Positions 39,659 through 52,800 of a stretch of DNA of 64,000 nucleotides are shown here, in pieces. Position 1 is the stretch's first letter; each line of letters begins with the position of its first letter. The stretch comes from Salpingoeca rosetta. Its lineage: Eukaryota > Protista > Choanoflagellata. The translations under genes and the position numbers were made by a program. Below the pieces are notes generated by a model, which worked only from the letters and a program-made list of their open reading frames with translations, was not told the origin of the DNA and made no database searches. The stretch spans positions 628,410 through 692,409 of the forward strand of contig JAWQFM010000023.1 in NCBI GenBank assembly GCA_033442325.1, read 5' to 3'.

Positions 39659-42600
39659 CGTCGTCGTCGTCGTTGTTGTTGTTGTTATTTGCTCACGTGG
39701 GAGCAAGCAAGGATCAGCGGTGATGGTGGACACGGAGACCGAAGATGCAGGCAACGATGACAGCAGCTGCTCCTCAGTCACGGCATCCAAAATGCCTGCA
39801 AGCACCAGCTCAATGCTGGCCACGCTTGCGCTGTCATCCCAGAACGCCAAGTTGGAGACGTTGACGAGTGACACAGGCGCCCCACCCTCCACAAAGGCAG
39901 GCTGGGCGCCACGTGGTGCCAGCGTCAGGATCGGTGCGTCGTTGACAGCTTGCAGCTGCATGTGCACATCCACGCGCGTGCGTCCACCCTGCGCGTCTGT
40001 GACACTCAGCTCAAGTGCGCGGCCGCTGTCAACGTCTGTCAACTCACCAGCACCGTCCACATAGAACAGGCCGTCGAGTACGAGCTCGTACTGTCGGAGC
40101 GTGGCGATGCCAGACACGCGCACAGCGTGTGTGCCGTTGCCCGAGAACGACATGGCACCACCCTCAGCCTGCAGCAGCTGCCAGGCTTGCTGGGTCGGCA
40201 GCAGGAGCAAGGCTTCATCATCGCCATCACGCGCATCCAGAAGCTGCAGCACAGCGCTGGAGAGCCTGCTCGAGTCCACATCGCTGATGCCAACGCCACT
40301 CGGGAACACGGCCGCAGGCTCACCCTCCTCCGCGTACGTGCCAGCACCGCCAACATCCACAACAGGAAGGTCGTTGACACCGACAAAGTTGATGCTGACA
40401 CGCGCAACTGCGCTTGCAGCGCCTTGGTCGTCCTCAACCTGCACGGCAATCTCCCGCGGCTGTGTCGGTGGCACATCAAAGCTGTGCGCGTACACAAGCG
40501 ATTCAAGTACGCGCGTGAAGTCAGCGAGGGAAGCGGTGCCGTTCACCACCAGCGTGTCCTCGCCCATCTGCGTCACGGCCACGCCGGCTGGAAGCGGAGT
40601 TGCGTCAATAGCGATGGTCTCCGTTGCATTCTGGCGACCGTTCAGCCACACGCGTGCGTATGACAGTGTTGCAGAGTCCACGTCCTCCAACACCAGGCCA
40701 GCGAGCGGAGCCAGGCCTGACTCTGTCTCGTTGTAGGTAACGCTTGCTGCTGCCACCGTGGCCACGGGAGCGTCGTTCATTGGTTCCACCACCACGGTCA
40801 GCACGGCCGCCTGTGATTCCCCAACAGCGTTGAAAGCTGGTTGTTGTTGTTGATTGGTGGTGGTGTGTGTTTGTGATTGGTAAGGTGAAGGCGCAAAATA
40901 CGTTGCACAAGCAGGTATCACGTTGCAACCAACAGAGCACACACACACGCACAAAAAAAAACCGATGTTCTGGGATACACTTTGCAACATAATCACACAT
41001 GCATATGCGTGCACGTGTGCATACTCGAATGTGCTTACCTGTGATGCGGACAGCAACAGGTACTGGAGCGTCGTCGAGGGGAGCAAACGTGATGCTCTGC
41101 AGAACTTGGTTGTACATCGCCAAGCCGGCAGCACCCGTGACGACGATTTGCATCTGGGCGCTGTCGCACGACACACCACTGGTACATGTCACAGCCAGTG
41201 CGTTGGTCTGCGGTGGAGAGCTTGCCTCGATAGCCACACGCAACTCTGGCAACGAGACACAGGTGCACAGCCATCACAGAGATCAAATTGGGATGGAAGC
41301 ACAATCGAGAGGCCGACGCGGGTCACCATGAAACAGACATGTACAAACAAAACACACGACGACATGTGCACATAAATACGCACACGTCCACGCACACGCA
41401 CACGCACACGCACACGCACACGCACACGCACACACAGACACAGACACACAGGCACAGGCACACGCACACGCACACGCACACGCACACACAGACACAGACA
41501 CACAGGCACACACACAGACACAGACACACAGGCACACGCACACACACGGACACACAGGCACGCACACAGACACGCGTGCACACACTAATCCCCCTCCCCA
41601 AAACACACCTGTGATGTCCCAGGTCCCCGTGTCCTGGTCGATGATGGCAGCGCCAGAGAAAAGGGCGGCTGGGCTCTGCTGCTCTTGCACAGTGGCTGTG
41701 ATATTGATGCTGGAGCCAGCAGCATCCAGCAGCACAAGCGGAGGGTAATCTTGCACAAGGTCAATGACGATGGTGGTGTTTTGCGACGTGGTGTACAGAC
41801 CGTCAAAGACCGTTACGACCACACGGCGTGTGGCGGCAGCGGGCTCATCCGCGTTGTCCACATACGTGATAGCCTGCAGCAGTTGCTCGTACACGGCCAA
41901 ACTCGCCTCTCCCGCAATGGAGACGGTGTGGTTGCCGTCTGAGAACCACACACGAACACCGCTGTTCGCGGCCGCTGCATCAACGGCGGCCTGTGCGATG
42001 CCAAGCTGCTCCCCATCGCCAACACCATCGCTGTCCCCAACGAGAGCGACGGTCGCCCACTGCAGCACCTGGAAGTCCGCATCGCTGTCCGACACACCAA
42101 CACCGGGCAGCACGACGATGGCTGGCGTGTTCTCCGTGTACGCTACATCCGACAGTCCTGACAACATGGGCGCGAGTGTGTTGGCGTCCTTAACAACCAC
42201 GCGAACCGTCGTAGTGCCCACAAAGGATGTCATGACTTGGTCGCGCGCCTCTACCACCACATCGTATTGTGCGGCAACGTCCACATCCAGACCCTCTTCT
42301 GCCACTGTCAATCGCCCGGACACCGCGTCCAAGGCAAAGAAGCGCGGTGGCGATGAGCCAGCAAGGGAATACAGCACGGGCGAGGCCACAGCGTCCGCGT
42401 CCGTGGCGGTGATCACGCCAATCAACTCGCCAACCGACGCGGTCTCAGACACGTTGTAGATGAGCGCGCCGGGCGCGGGCAGCTGTGGTGGCGAGTCGTT
42501 GACGTCCTCAACGGTGATGCGCAGTACCGCCGTCGTGCTGAGGGAGACGGGCGTGCCGTAATCCGCAACGACAACCGTGCATTGCAGAGTGGGCTGTTCC

Positions 42601-45600
42601 TCCCGGTCAATGTCGGCTGCCACCGTGACGCTGCCGCTGGTGTCGATGCTCACAGCAAGCACGCTTTCTCCGCCTTGTTGCACGAGGCAGTTTGTCTGGT
42701 TGTCGGCCGACAGCTGGAAACGCACACGCGCATTGTCGCCGCCGTCTGCGTCTGTTGCCTGCAGCTGCGTGATTGGCGTGCCAATCTCGCTGTTCTCCGT
42801 CACGCGCGCCGCAAACGAGGACATGACGGGCTCTGGCACGTTGTTGTTGACGTCCACAACCATCACGGTCACCGACGCAGACGACGCCAGCGCTGCGTCG
42901 TGGCTGTCTGTGGCGATGAGCGTAATGTCGTAGCTCGTGCGAACACTAAAGTCCAGCGGCGCCAGCAGCACCAGCGCGTACGATGTGTTGGCAAACGCAA
43001 ACACCGTTGACGGTGCGCCCGTGTCATCATCAAGCACCTGCACCACAAACGCGTCAAAGGGGGGCGAGTCTGCGTCCACAATGACCAGCGGAGCCGTGAA
43101 GTTGGTGCCCACAGCGTGATCTTCGTACACACTCAACGTCAGCGGCGGCTGCACAAACTGTGGCGCCTCGTCGTTCCTGTCCAGCAGTGTAATCTGCACT
43201 GGCGCTGTCACCGTGTGCACGCCGTCGCTGACAACGACAGTTGCGGAGAATGTTGGTGATGCGACTGCTTCAAAGTCAAGCTGCCCAGCCACGCGCAGGT
43301 GTCCAGTGGCGGCGTCAATGGAAAAGGGCACAGCCGGCTGTGATTCCAGCGAGAACGACAGCGGCGACACGACGGCGCCGTCTGGATCGCTCGCATTCAC
43401 CTGTAGCACTAGCGTGTCCACGGGCGTGTTCTCGTACACGCTCGCTTGCAACACGCCGCCAGCACCAACCCCAATCACAGGCTGCTCGTCGTTCACGTTG
43501 ACAATGTCCACAGTCACAGTGATAGTGACGGGTGCCCCGGGTGCGGGGCTTGCCCCCTCATCTGTCAGCACAACATCAAACACGTCCGGGGTGGCGTCTG
43601 CCTCGTAATCAACACCGCGCGCGAGTGCGAGGGATCCGTCATTCAGCAGTGAGACGAACCGCGGTGCTTCGCCCGTTGCCAGCGCATAGCGCACACGCCC
43701 GTTTGCGCCTGCGTCTGGGTCTGTAGCACCTAGCGATGCAAAGACAGCGCCAACTTCTGCGTCCTCGCGCACGTTGTAGGTGGGTGTGGTTGTGCCACCA
43801 GGCAGGCGCGGGTTGTTGTCGTTCACGTCGAGCAGCGTCACCAGCACAGTGGCGGCTGCCGTGTCCCCGCCAACATCCTGCACGTACACAGTGAGGTTGA
43901 ACGCGGCATGCGCCTCACGGTCAAGGGGCGCAACAACGCGCAGCGCACCCGAGCTCACGTTCACGGCAAGCGACTCCGTTGCGTCGAGGAACACGTCGCC
44001 GTCACGCCGCCCCAGCTCAATACCAAAGAAGAGGACGGGCGGGATTGGCGCGCGACCACCGTCAGCAAGGCCATCGCCGTTGGAGTCGTGGTCCGGGTCC
44101 GACACATTCAGCTGCAGGAGCTGCGTGTTCACCTGCACGGCCTCGCTCACGTTGAGTGCAAAGGTGGGGTGAGGTGCCGGCGTTGGCGTGCCGTCAGCGG
44201 TGAGGAACACGGGCACCTCATCCTGCAGGTTGTTCACGTTGACCACGACGCTGATGAACGACGTGCCGAGCGACGCGTCGAGGGCATCCGTCAGCGACAC
44301 GACAAGAAAGTACTGCGGCTGCGTCTCGTGGTCAAGCGGCACCGTTGTGGCGAGCGTGCCGTCCTGGGCGATGCTGAACTTGCCCTGCTCGTCGCCAGCA
44401 GCGATGGTGAAGCTTGCGATGGAGAATGCGTCGGAGTCGCGGTCCTCAAATGGAAGCGCGCCTACCTCGCCCACCACGCCTTCGTCCACGGAGAACGCCA
44501 GGTTGGTGTCGAGGAAGGCGGGCGCGTTGTTGTTGACGTCTTGGACGCTGATGCGGTGGGTGGCGTGTGTTGACCACCGCCCGCCGTCGCGTGCCGTGAC
44601 GTTCACCCAGTATGCGTTCTGCTCGGTCCAATCCAGCTTCTGCGCCACTTCCACCGCGCCAGTGGCCGCGTTGTAGGAAAACGCTGTCGTGGGGGTGCCG
44701 TTGCCGTCAGCTGCACCGCTGCCAGCAAAGAACGCAACATCCACGTCAGGCGGGGAAGCAACACCCTGTGGGCCTGCATCCCGATCTGTTACGACAATGG
44801 TCAGCACCACGGTGCCAATGCTTGCATCCTCGCTGACGCTGGCGGGGCTCGTCGGCGGGTCGAAGACAATCTCGGGCGCAAACTCGTTCACGTCCTCCAC
44901 GTCCAACGTCACGCTGATGGGCACGGAGTGGACACCATCAGACACGACGACGGTGACCGACCGCTGTGCATGCTGCTCATAGTCAAGGGCGCCCGCAAGG
45001 GCGACGCGAAGCAGCGCATCTGAGGCCGTGGCCTCACTGCCGTCGTCGAAGCTGTTGTCAACCTCAATGGAGAAGAGCGCATCGCTGTTGCCAATGACGG
45101 TGGCCACGGCAAGGTCGGTGTCCTGGTCGGCATCGTGCAACTGGAAGGAGGCAAGCCAGACGGGTGGCGCCACGTCTTCGCGCAAGGCAAGCGACGCCGT
45201 CGTGGCGTTGGTCGTTGGCGGGTTGTGTTGATGTCCGTCACAAACACCTCAATCAGGCCGCTGGTGGCCTGGCTCGGCGAGCCGCCATCCCTGCACAGCA
45301 CATGCAAGAACGCCGACTGGAAGCCGAGCTCGTAGTCGAGCGTCTGCAGCAGATACACGCTGCCATCGGAGCCGATGCCAAAGGACCCAAACGACGTGTC
45401 CAGAAGCAGCTGGAAGCCAACAATGGCGCCGTCTGCACCGGCATCTGCGTCCGTGCACGTCACGGTGGCCACGATGCTGCCGGGTGTCGTGTCCTCCCTC
45501 ACGTAGATGGTGTGCGGGTCAACAAGGACGGGCACGTTGTCGTTGGATTGCTGCACATCCAGCTGCGCGTACACGTCTTCACTCTCCAGGCCATCCACAT

Positions 45601-46821
45601 CCAACGCGCGCACCGCCACCGTGCGCACGCCGGGCGTGGGCTCTGCAAGCTCGTTCCTGTAGCGCACAAAGCCAAGCACGGTCGCCGCCTCCACGAGCGA
45701 CGCGGGGCGGCGGAACTGCACAAACACCTCCATCTCGCTGGCGCTGGGACGGGTGCTGTCCACATCCACATCAAGGCCAAGTGCCCAGGCCACGCCTTCC
45801 TCGTCCACATACAAGCCTTCGTCGCCCGTCACATCCATCATGTCGCCATCACTGCTGCCATCGCCAGTGTCGCGGATGTTGGAGAGATGCAGCCGCAGCC
45901 CTGCCAGTGGTTGGCCCTCCGAATCGGAAATAAAAGGGCGCGTGATAATGTCGGACACCACAAGCGCGTCGAGCTCAGTGGCAGGAACGGCAATAAACGC
46001 GTAGGCGTTGCGGCTGCACGCCACGACGTTGGCGCATGTGCCTGGGATGGCGCTGCCAGAGTCGCGTGGAAACACGCGTACATACTTCACGCCGGCCGTG
46101 CTTGTGGGCAGCACGAACGAGGAATCTGTCGCCAGGCGCACGGTCCCGCTCTCAACAAAGGATGAAGGGTTGCCGCTGCTGTCGGTTGACGTGGCACGGT
46201 ACAGGCTGATGCGATAGGCGACGGTTGCGCGCTGGGTGCCCGAAACCGTGCCGCGCACAGACCCAACAAATGATGGGCTGTTCGCGCGGTTGAAGGCAAC
46301 GGTGATGTTGTCAAACCGAGAGATGTGGCTTATCTGCGGTGCTGTGCTGTCGGGCACGCGCACGGAGAACCCGCTGCCCACCGTAAACGCATCCAAATCC
46401 AACAGGGGTGGATCGTTGGTGTTCACCACAAGCAGACGCGCAGTGAAGGTGGCGGACACGGCCTGGTGCGTGTCAATCACTTGCACGGTGATGGTACGCG
46501 TGCCTGCGGTGGGCTCCGCACGGCGGTTTGCGTACGCGATGGAGCGGAGGTACGCCTGTGCCTGCGCTGGTGTCATCACCCCCTGCCGCAGCAGTGCCCA
46601 TGACGTGTCGCCAACTTGTGGCTCAAACTGCGCGTCTGCATCCAGCATGGAAAACACCTCCTGCTGCCCGCCATCAAGCAGGCCGCCCACAACCACGCGC
46701 AGCGCCAGGATGTTGCTGTCCACGTCCTCCACCGTGATGCTGGGCAGGAGCAAGAGCGGATCACCCGCGTCGTCGTGGTCCTCCACATACGTGTTGGCGA
46801 GGATTGACATGCTGCTGCTGC

Positions 46822-46861
<40 letters not shown>

Positions 46862-49800
46862 GCCACTGCCATCGCCAGTGGAGTGCTCCCAGCCAACAAC
46901 GGGTGCGGAGTTGACGCCAGAGAAGGCGATGGTGACACCTGCGCTGTTGCTGGTGTCCTCGCCATCAGAGGCCGTGACGACCAGCAGCGTCTCCACGCTC
47001 GGGGCAACCGAGAAATCGTTGTTGTAGGTGACGAGCGAGGCCACGGCTTCCTCAAACACAGACAGCGGTGCGGGCCCACGCAGTATGAGGTGGGAGGCGC
47101 TCACACGTTCAAGAGACAGCGGTGAGGAAGCAGCGCCCGATGACGAGAAGTCCAACTGCTCGCCGGACTTGAGCGTGCTTGAGATGCGCACAGCAACCCA
47201 GGTCAGGTTGGCACTGTCGCTGTCCGTGATGCGAAGCACGTTCTGCAGCGGAAGCACGGCACCATCGCCCTCCCGGTACCGAAATGCAATGTTGTCTCCA
47301 TCCGGGGACCCCTCCCGTGCAAACAGCACAACTGGAGGGTCGTTCACCAGCGTCACGCCAACCGTCGTCGTGGCAGGCACAGACCACACACCAGAGGTGG
47401 CAGCTGCCTGCACAGATGACGAAGACGAAGACGATGACGACGAAGAAGCATCGACCATGCTCTGCTGCTGTTGCTGTTGCAACACCCGAATGGTGACACG
47501 ACGAGGTGTTGGGGTGGGCTCATCCACCCTGTTGACATACACGACACGGTTCAGTGCGGAGAGCACGGCTGAAGCAGACGCGCTGCTGCCTTGCTGCTGT
47601 TCTTGCTGCTGCTGTTCTTGGTCAAACACCAGTTCGAGCCGATGCCACGACCCATCAGCGGCAAAGGACGATGAAACGGTGAATGGGTCGGCAGAACCGG
47701 CGTTCATCACTTGCAGGCGATCGCTTCCGCCTTCAAGATCATCCAGCCTGTTCTCCAGTGTGAGCATGGCGCGCGTGTATGCGGGGTTGGGCGCGTTGTC
47801 CAGCGACAGGAGCCGCGTCGTTTGCAGCGGTGCCACGCGCACGCCTTGCTCGCTGCCTTCGACAAACTCCACTGTTGTGTCCACGAGCCACTGCAGCGTG
47901 TCTGACGCCAGCGGGTCTGCTGATGCGCTCAGGTCCAAGATGGGCCGTTCATCCAGCACGGGCGTGACGCGCACGCTGACACGCCCCAGCACAGAGCCGA
48001 CCCCGCTGCTACCGTTACTACCGCTGTCACTGCCACCAGCATCAGAGCTCGACTGGGCAGGAGAGGAAGTGGCGGCGTAAACAGTGACCGTGCGCAATGC
48101 GAGGTGCGGCTCCACAGCCGTGTTGGTGAAATGCAGCGCGCGCAACACACGCTGTGCTTCATCGAGGGAGGCGAGGTTGGTGATGTTGACGGCATTACCG
48201 GCGAGTCGCTGCACGCGCACGCTCGCGAGCGCGCTTTCATCGCTGGCACCACTCAACACGGCAACCAGCTGGCCGCCACAGGGGCTGGCGGAAGCGCACT
48301 GCACGGCGCGCACCACATCCGCAGCCGTGGTCGTCTCCCCGCCAACGAGTGCGACATCGGTAATGACGGCACCTGTGAGCGATGACGAAGCAGCAGCGGG
48401 CGCTCCGCCCAAATACAGCGGGCCAGGTGCGTCTTGAAGTGCACCCGCAGACACACCAGCCACGTCTCTGGTGGACAGGACAATGGCCGTGGCTTCGTCC
48501 ACGACTTGCTGTTGGACCCGTGTTGCTTCCAGCTGCCACGAGGGGGAGGAGAATGTCGACCAAGCGCCTTCACCGACACCCGCTTCGGCGTTGATGTTGG
48601 CTGCGATCAACACTGGCGGCTGCGCCTCCCCGGGTGTTGTTGACGAGAAGGCGACGATGGCAAAGTGCTCTGGCAACAGCGCGTCCTCTGTGTCACCGGC
48701 ATTGCTTGGCAGTTCAAAGGTGACAATGTGGCGCAGGAGCTGGCCGCTGTCGACGCTCGCAGTGTCACGCGCTTCCATGGACACACGCAACAGCCATGAG
48801 TCATCACCAACATCAGGGGCAACAACAGCCATGTCCAGCACGAGCCGGCCATCAGCTGCCTCCTTGCGCAGCAACGTCCCCGCGGTGCCTGCAGGCAACG
48901 CCGCGTGCACCCAAATGGCAAGCGGCCACGCCCCGTCGTCACCAGGAAGCTCCTGCGCTTCTGGGCGGAGCGCATCGCTGTCAAACGTCACAAAGGCGCT
49001 TGCGTCACCAACACCACCACTTGCTTCGCCATCACTAACGGTGAACGGCAGGTCACTGTCATAGCTCCATGATCCAAACAGCACATTCGTGTTGTTGAAC
49101 ACGGACGCCGCTGAAGCCACGCCGCACTTGCGGGCCGTGGTTGGGAGCAAGCGGCGACGATAAGGCGGTGTTTGAGCGCAGTCCAGCTGTGTGGTGGGAT
49201 CCAGTTCACCCGCCGTTGTTGCGCTGCTGCCGGCTATGTGCGCGCACACAGCAAGCCAGAACACGGAAGATGGCGAGGAGTCTGCATCTGTGAGGCGCGC
49301 ACCATCAAAGAGCGGCACAGGCGCGGCGTTCTCGCCATAGGTGATGTTGGCGTTGTCGGAAAGCCACAAGACAACTGGGTTGTCGTCGACGTCGGTCACT
49401 TGCACGCGAACGAGGACGTCTGTAGATTGGGGTTGCGGGATGCCGTTGTCGCTGATGCGGATCACAAACGCATGAGACGTTTCTTCCTCAAAGTCCAAGC
49501 CATCCCCGGCAACAACCAGGCTGTTGCCCTGCACATCAAACGGCACAGTGACGCCAGGATTGGCCTGCAAGGAGAACGACAGCACGTCGCTCGTGTCTGC
49601 GTCGACTGCATTGATCACATGGACGGTGGTACCAATGGGTGTGTTCTCCTGAACCGCAAAACGAATGCTTGTGCTTCCATCAGCAAGCATGGGGGCGTTG
49701 TCGTTTGCGCCATCCACGTTCACCACCAGCGTGTAGTACGCCATTTCCTCTCCAGTTGCATCCCTGATGGCAAGCAATGCCTCGTGCCGCCACTCCGACT

Positions 49801-52800
49801 CGAAATCAAGTGGTTGCTTCAACACCATGGACCCGTTGCTCAGCACCACAAACGGCGCGTCGGTTGCGGACGACGCATTGACAACGGAAAACCACAATTG
49901 CTGGCCCTGGTCCTGCTGCTGCTGCTGCTGATTGTCCTGTGTGTCTGGATCGGTGGCGACAAAGGCGCCAAGAGTCACGCCAGTCTTGAGCGCTTCCGTT
50001 GCGTTGATTTCGATGCGTCCAAACAGGGACGGGGTGCCATCGGCAGCACCCTCACGCGTGCGCGGTGGCTGATATTGCTGCACAGCAGCAGCGGACACGG
50101 CAGGCGCAACAACGGGGACGCTGGTGGCGTCTGGTGCATTGTCGCGGAGGCGTGTGTTTGGTTCGAAGCGCAGCAGGCGGGGCGGCTCATCCTCAATGTT
50201 GGTGATGTTCACACGCACGCTGATCAGGGAGGAGAGCTGTGGTGTGCCTGCGTCCTGTGCTCGCAACCGCGCGCGGATGTGGGTGGTTGTCTCGTAGTCA
50301 AGCACGCCAACAACCACCACGCGCAGGGTTGTGGTGGACACGGCATTTGCGCCCGCCTGCCGCACATCAGCAACGTGCAGGGCAAGGTTGTCGCTGGCGG
50401 GCGCATCTTGATCAACTGCCAGCAGGGAGAAGGAGAGACGAGAGTTGTTGTAGGATGCGTCTTGATCCTGCACCACCACGGTCGCGCAGACAAAGGCATC
50501 GTTGCTGTCCGCGGTGGTTGTGTACACGCCCTCTGGCAAGACACAGGCAATCTCGCCCACGCTGAAGGCTGGCGCGTGCTCGTTCACATCCTGGACGCGC
50601 ACGCGCAGGGCTGCATACGCAGGAAGCGGCTCGCTGCTGCTATCAACCGCAACGATGGTCACGTTGTAGAGCTGGACAGCCTCATAGTCAAGCCCGGGTG
50701 CGGTGATTTCAACGGCGCCCGTGTTTCGGTCAATGCGGAAGGGAAGTTGCGTTGCAGACGCGGCATCCCCCTCAGCCACCGTTACCCACGCAGGTGTCTC
50801 GCCGTGGCCAGTGCTTGGAACGCTGCTGGCAGCGACGTATGCACGCCAGGCGCCAATGTGGTACGTGACGTCTGCGTTTGGTGCCGTGTCCAGGGTGTCC
50901 ACTGCAGAGAAGTGTGCCACCATGGTGCCAATGGCGGTTGACTCTGGCACTTGCACACGCTCCTCATCGCTGTCGAACACGGCAGCGTTGTCGTTGATGT
51001 CGAGGACGTTGACGGTAACATTGACGCTGGTGGCACGCGGTGGAGTGCCGGCATCGGTGACGGTCACCGTCAGGTGGTAGCGGGTCGGGTTGCGGTTATC
51101 ACGGTCCAAGCGCACGTCATTGCGGTACAGCGTGCCGTTGCTGGCGTCGATGTTGAATGGCAGAGAAAGCGCATCGCCTCGTCCACCATTGAGTGAGTAA
51201 GCGATGGGGACGACACCCGTGACTGGGATGTAGCCTGTCGCAGTTGTGATGCCAAACGCCAAGCGCCCGTTGTCACCGGAATCAGGGTCCGAAACACCAA
51301 CAGCGCCCACACGGGTGTTGGTGGGTGTTTCTTCCGCCACGTCAAACTGAAACGACGGCTGAACGGATGCAGGTGCGTGGTCGTTGATGTCATTGACGGT
51401 GACGGTGACACGAAGGCTCGTCTGCTGTGGTGGAAGGCCGCGGTCTGTTGCCGTGACGACAAGCTCAAAGGCGTGCGGGCCTGTTTCATAGTCCAGGCGG
51501 CGCGCAAGCTCAATGGCATAGCCGTTGAGTGTAAAGTACGCCTCATCATCGTCAGCACCACCACCACCACCCGCACCACTACTACTACTACTGCTGCTGC
51601 CACCATTCCCCACGTCGGTGATTGTCTGTGTCAGTGCAAGGTCAACCTCGCCAGCGGCGCCAAGGTCTGCATCCTCGACGCTCTGCAGCGTAACGACGCG
51701 ACCGCGAACAGGCGATTCCTCGTCAATGGCCAGAGAAAAGTCGGCAGATGGGGTGATTTGGGGCGCGTTGTCGTTGATGTTGAGAACACTGACAGTGAGC
51801 GCGGATGACGTTGTCACGCCAGCACCAGCAATGCTCGCCTGCACAGAGAGGATGTACCGCTGCCTGAGCTCGTAGTCCAAGCCTGCGCTGCCAACCACAA
51901 CGCGGGCAGTGCCTTGCTGTGTTGATGGGTCAGCGTTGGCTGCCTCGTCAACAACAATGTCGAAGGGTGCTGCTGCGTCATCAATGGCAAAAGCCACTTG
52001 CAGGGCAGGGTCAGGGCCGAGCACGTTGTAGGGAGAGGAGAAGGTGATTTGGGCAACAAGATTGCCCGCGTCTGCCGCCTCGCTCAGCTCGACGGTTGCT
52101 GGCGTGATGGTCAGAGTGAGGCACTCATCGCCACACGGGCTGCACAACACGCCGGCACCATCACCATCACCAGCAGCATCGTCGGTCGGGTAGAATCGAG
52201 GCGGGCAGGTGGCAAGGCAAGTGCCGTTGGCCAAGTGGACGTTGGCGCATGATGCGCAGTCACTGGCGGTGGGGCCGGTGCAGCCGCCCTGGCATTGTGG
52301 GTGGCAGGGTGTGCACCCGTTGGTGGGGTCGCTGCCAAAGCCAAAGGTGTCTGGGGCGCACTCATCGCAGGAGAAACCACGCACGTTTGGCTTACACGTG
52401 CACGGGTCTGCCCCGTCCTCCGCACTGCACACGGATGCCCCATCCACTGTGCCTGTTGGATTGCACGTGCACAGCTCGCAGCCATCTGGGTTGCTGGCTT
52501 GCAGGTTGACAAACCCAGGGGCACACGTGTCGCACTTGATACCAACCACGTTCTGCTTGCAGGCGCACTGGCCCGAGCCCTGCTGGCACGTGAACGCGCG
52601 CGAGCCCCTCGCGTCGCACGCACACGGTTCACAGGGGTCTGTGCTGTTGATGGCGACGTTGCTTGGCAGGTAGTAGGCATCGGCGCACTGACCGCATTTG
52701 GGCCCTGTGGTGTTGGCGCCGCAGTCAACGCACTGGCCACCGCCAGACAGGTTGCTCGTGCCCGACTGCCCGGCGAGTGTTGCATTGAACATGCACGCGT

